This document shows positions 63,515 through 64,000 of a stretch of 64,000 nucleotides of DNA, one piece after another. The first letter of the stretch is position 1, and every line of letters begins with the position of its first letter. The stretch covers positions 8,360,201 to 8,424,200 of the forward strand of contig NC_092670.1 of assembly GCF_964355755.1 (NCBI RefSeq). The letters are read 5' to 3'. A program made the position numbers and the translations under genes. The notes below the pieces were generated by a model, which was not told the DNA's origin, ran no database searches, and saw only the letters and a program-made list of their open reading frames with translations. Origin of the DNA: Antedon mediterranea. Lineage: Eukaryota; Animalia; Echinodermata.

Positions 63515-63733
63515 TAGTCTCGGCCAATCAAAGTACAGTAGGCCAACTATTAAGCGACGAGATGTCTTTGTCAGCCATTATTTCCGCCTGGTCTGAGCAT
63601 GGAGGTATAAAATATTTTATACCTCCATGGTCTGAGTGGATGAAGGCCACTGCTACTTTATTTGTTCATTGTTATTTGTATGCAGGCAGCGAAAGAAGTG
63701 GACAAAAAGGCCGGGAACTGTACCATGGTAAGT
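63515..63733 (+). promoter_or_regulatory. Duplicate of the ZNF B distal promoter/first exon
   Basis: Copy of 11028-11210; CCAAT at 63524, donor after 63727. Predicts a ZNF B paralog just past the window end. Confidence 0.55.
63598..63629. mobile_element. 32-bp palindromic P-element-type remnant with 7-bp TSD
   Basis: GTCTGAG-CATGGAGGTATAAAAT|ATTTTATACCTCCATG-GTCTGAG; single GTCTGAG at the empty site 11103-11109. Confidence 0.8.
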
Positions 63734-63867
63734 ACAACCACAACTTAATTGTTTTATGTATTTTTTCCCATTCACAATGTGTACAATTTAGTGCGGTTTG
63801 TTTTACACGTTTACGCATGGAGTGTACTCCATGTTTTACGATGGTAACTAACTCCAAATAGTGAGAG

Positions 63868-63881
63868 CAGGGAGCTCCCTG
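63868..63881. mobile_element. 14-bp palindromic remnant with 7-bp TSD
   Basis: GTGAGAG-CAGGGAG|CTCCCTG-GTGAGAG; single GTGAGAG at the empty site 11344-11350. Confidence 0.75.
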
Positions 63882-64000
63882 GTGAGAGGGAAGTCATGAT
63901 TCAACGACGACGTATAAATAATTATAACTCCATGATTTAATAATTATCTAGCCAACCAGCTTGTCAACATTACACAAACAAACATTGTATATTCAACAAC

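Overview
AT-rich eukaryotic (animal) genomic DNA, probably a marine invertebrate. A Deu-domain-like SINE and Academ, Kolobok, IS3EU, Helentron and Penelope-type repeats fit an echinoderm-like genome, but the taxon is inference only. The window is a tandem cluster of + strand C2H2 zinc-finger genes, each with one coding exon: three intact ORFs (12281-14362, 18475-19563, 48693-53717), two independently disabled copies of one paralog (1-1198, 57445-58754) and a 5'-truncated fragment (7617-8094). The genes sit in a dense mosaic of mostly non-autonomous DNA transposons. The last ~6.4 kb duplicates the first part of the window (offset ~57.6 kb), which gives empty-site/filled-site comparisons. Most notable: (1) all four paralogs whose start is visible share an atypical N-terminal C-x2-C-x11-H-x3-H module, and several share a CCAAT/non-coding first-exon cassette; (2) fingers were repeatedly shortened and re-amplified into new 75-, 30- and ~50-bp repeats, including 28 copies of a novel 25-aa C/H/H unit; (3) paralog alignments show TA>TACAGTA/TACTGTA and TA>TAGGCCTA insertions, plus CA..TG palindromes with 7-bp TSDs, that look like transposon excision footprints; (4) two convergent minimal hammerhead ribozymes. 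All alignments were done by eye; TE superfamily names rest on termini, TSDs and recalled motifs, not database searches.
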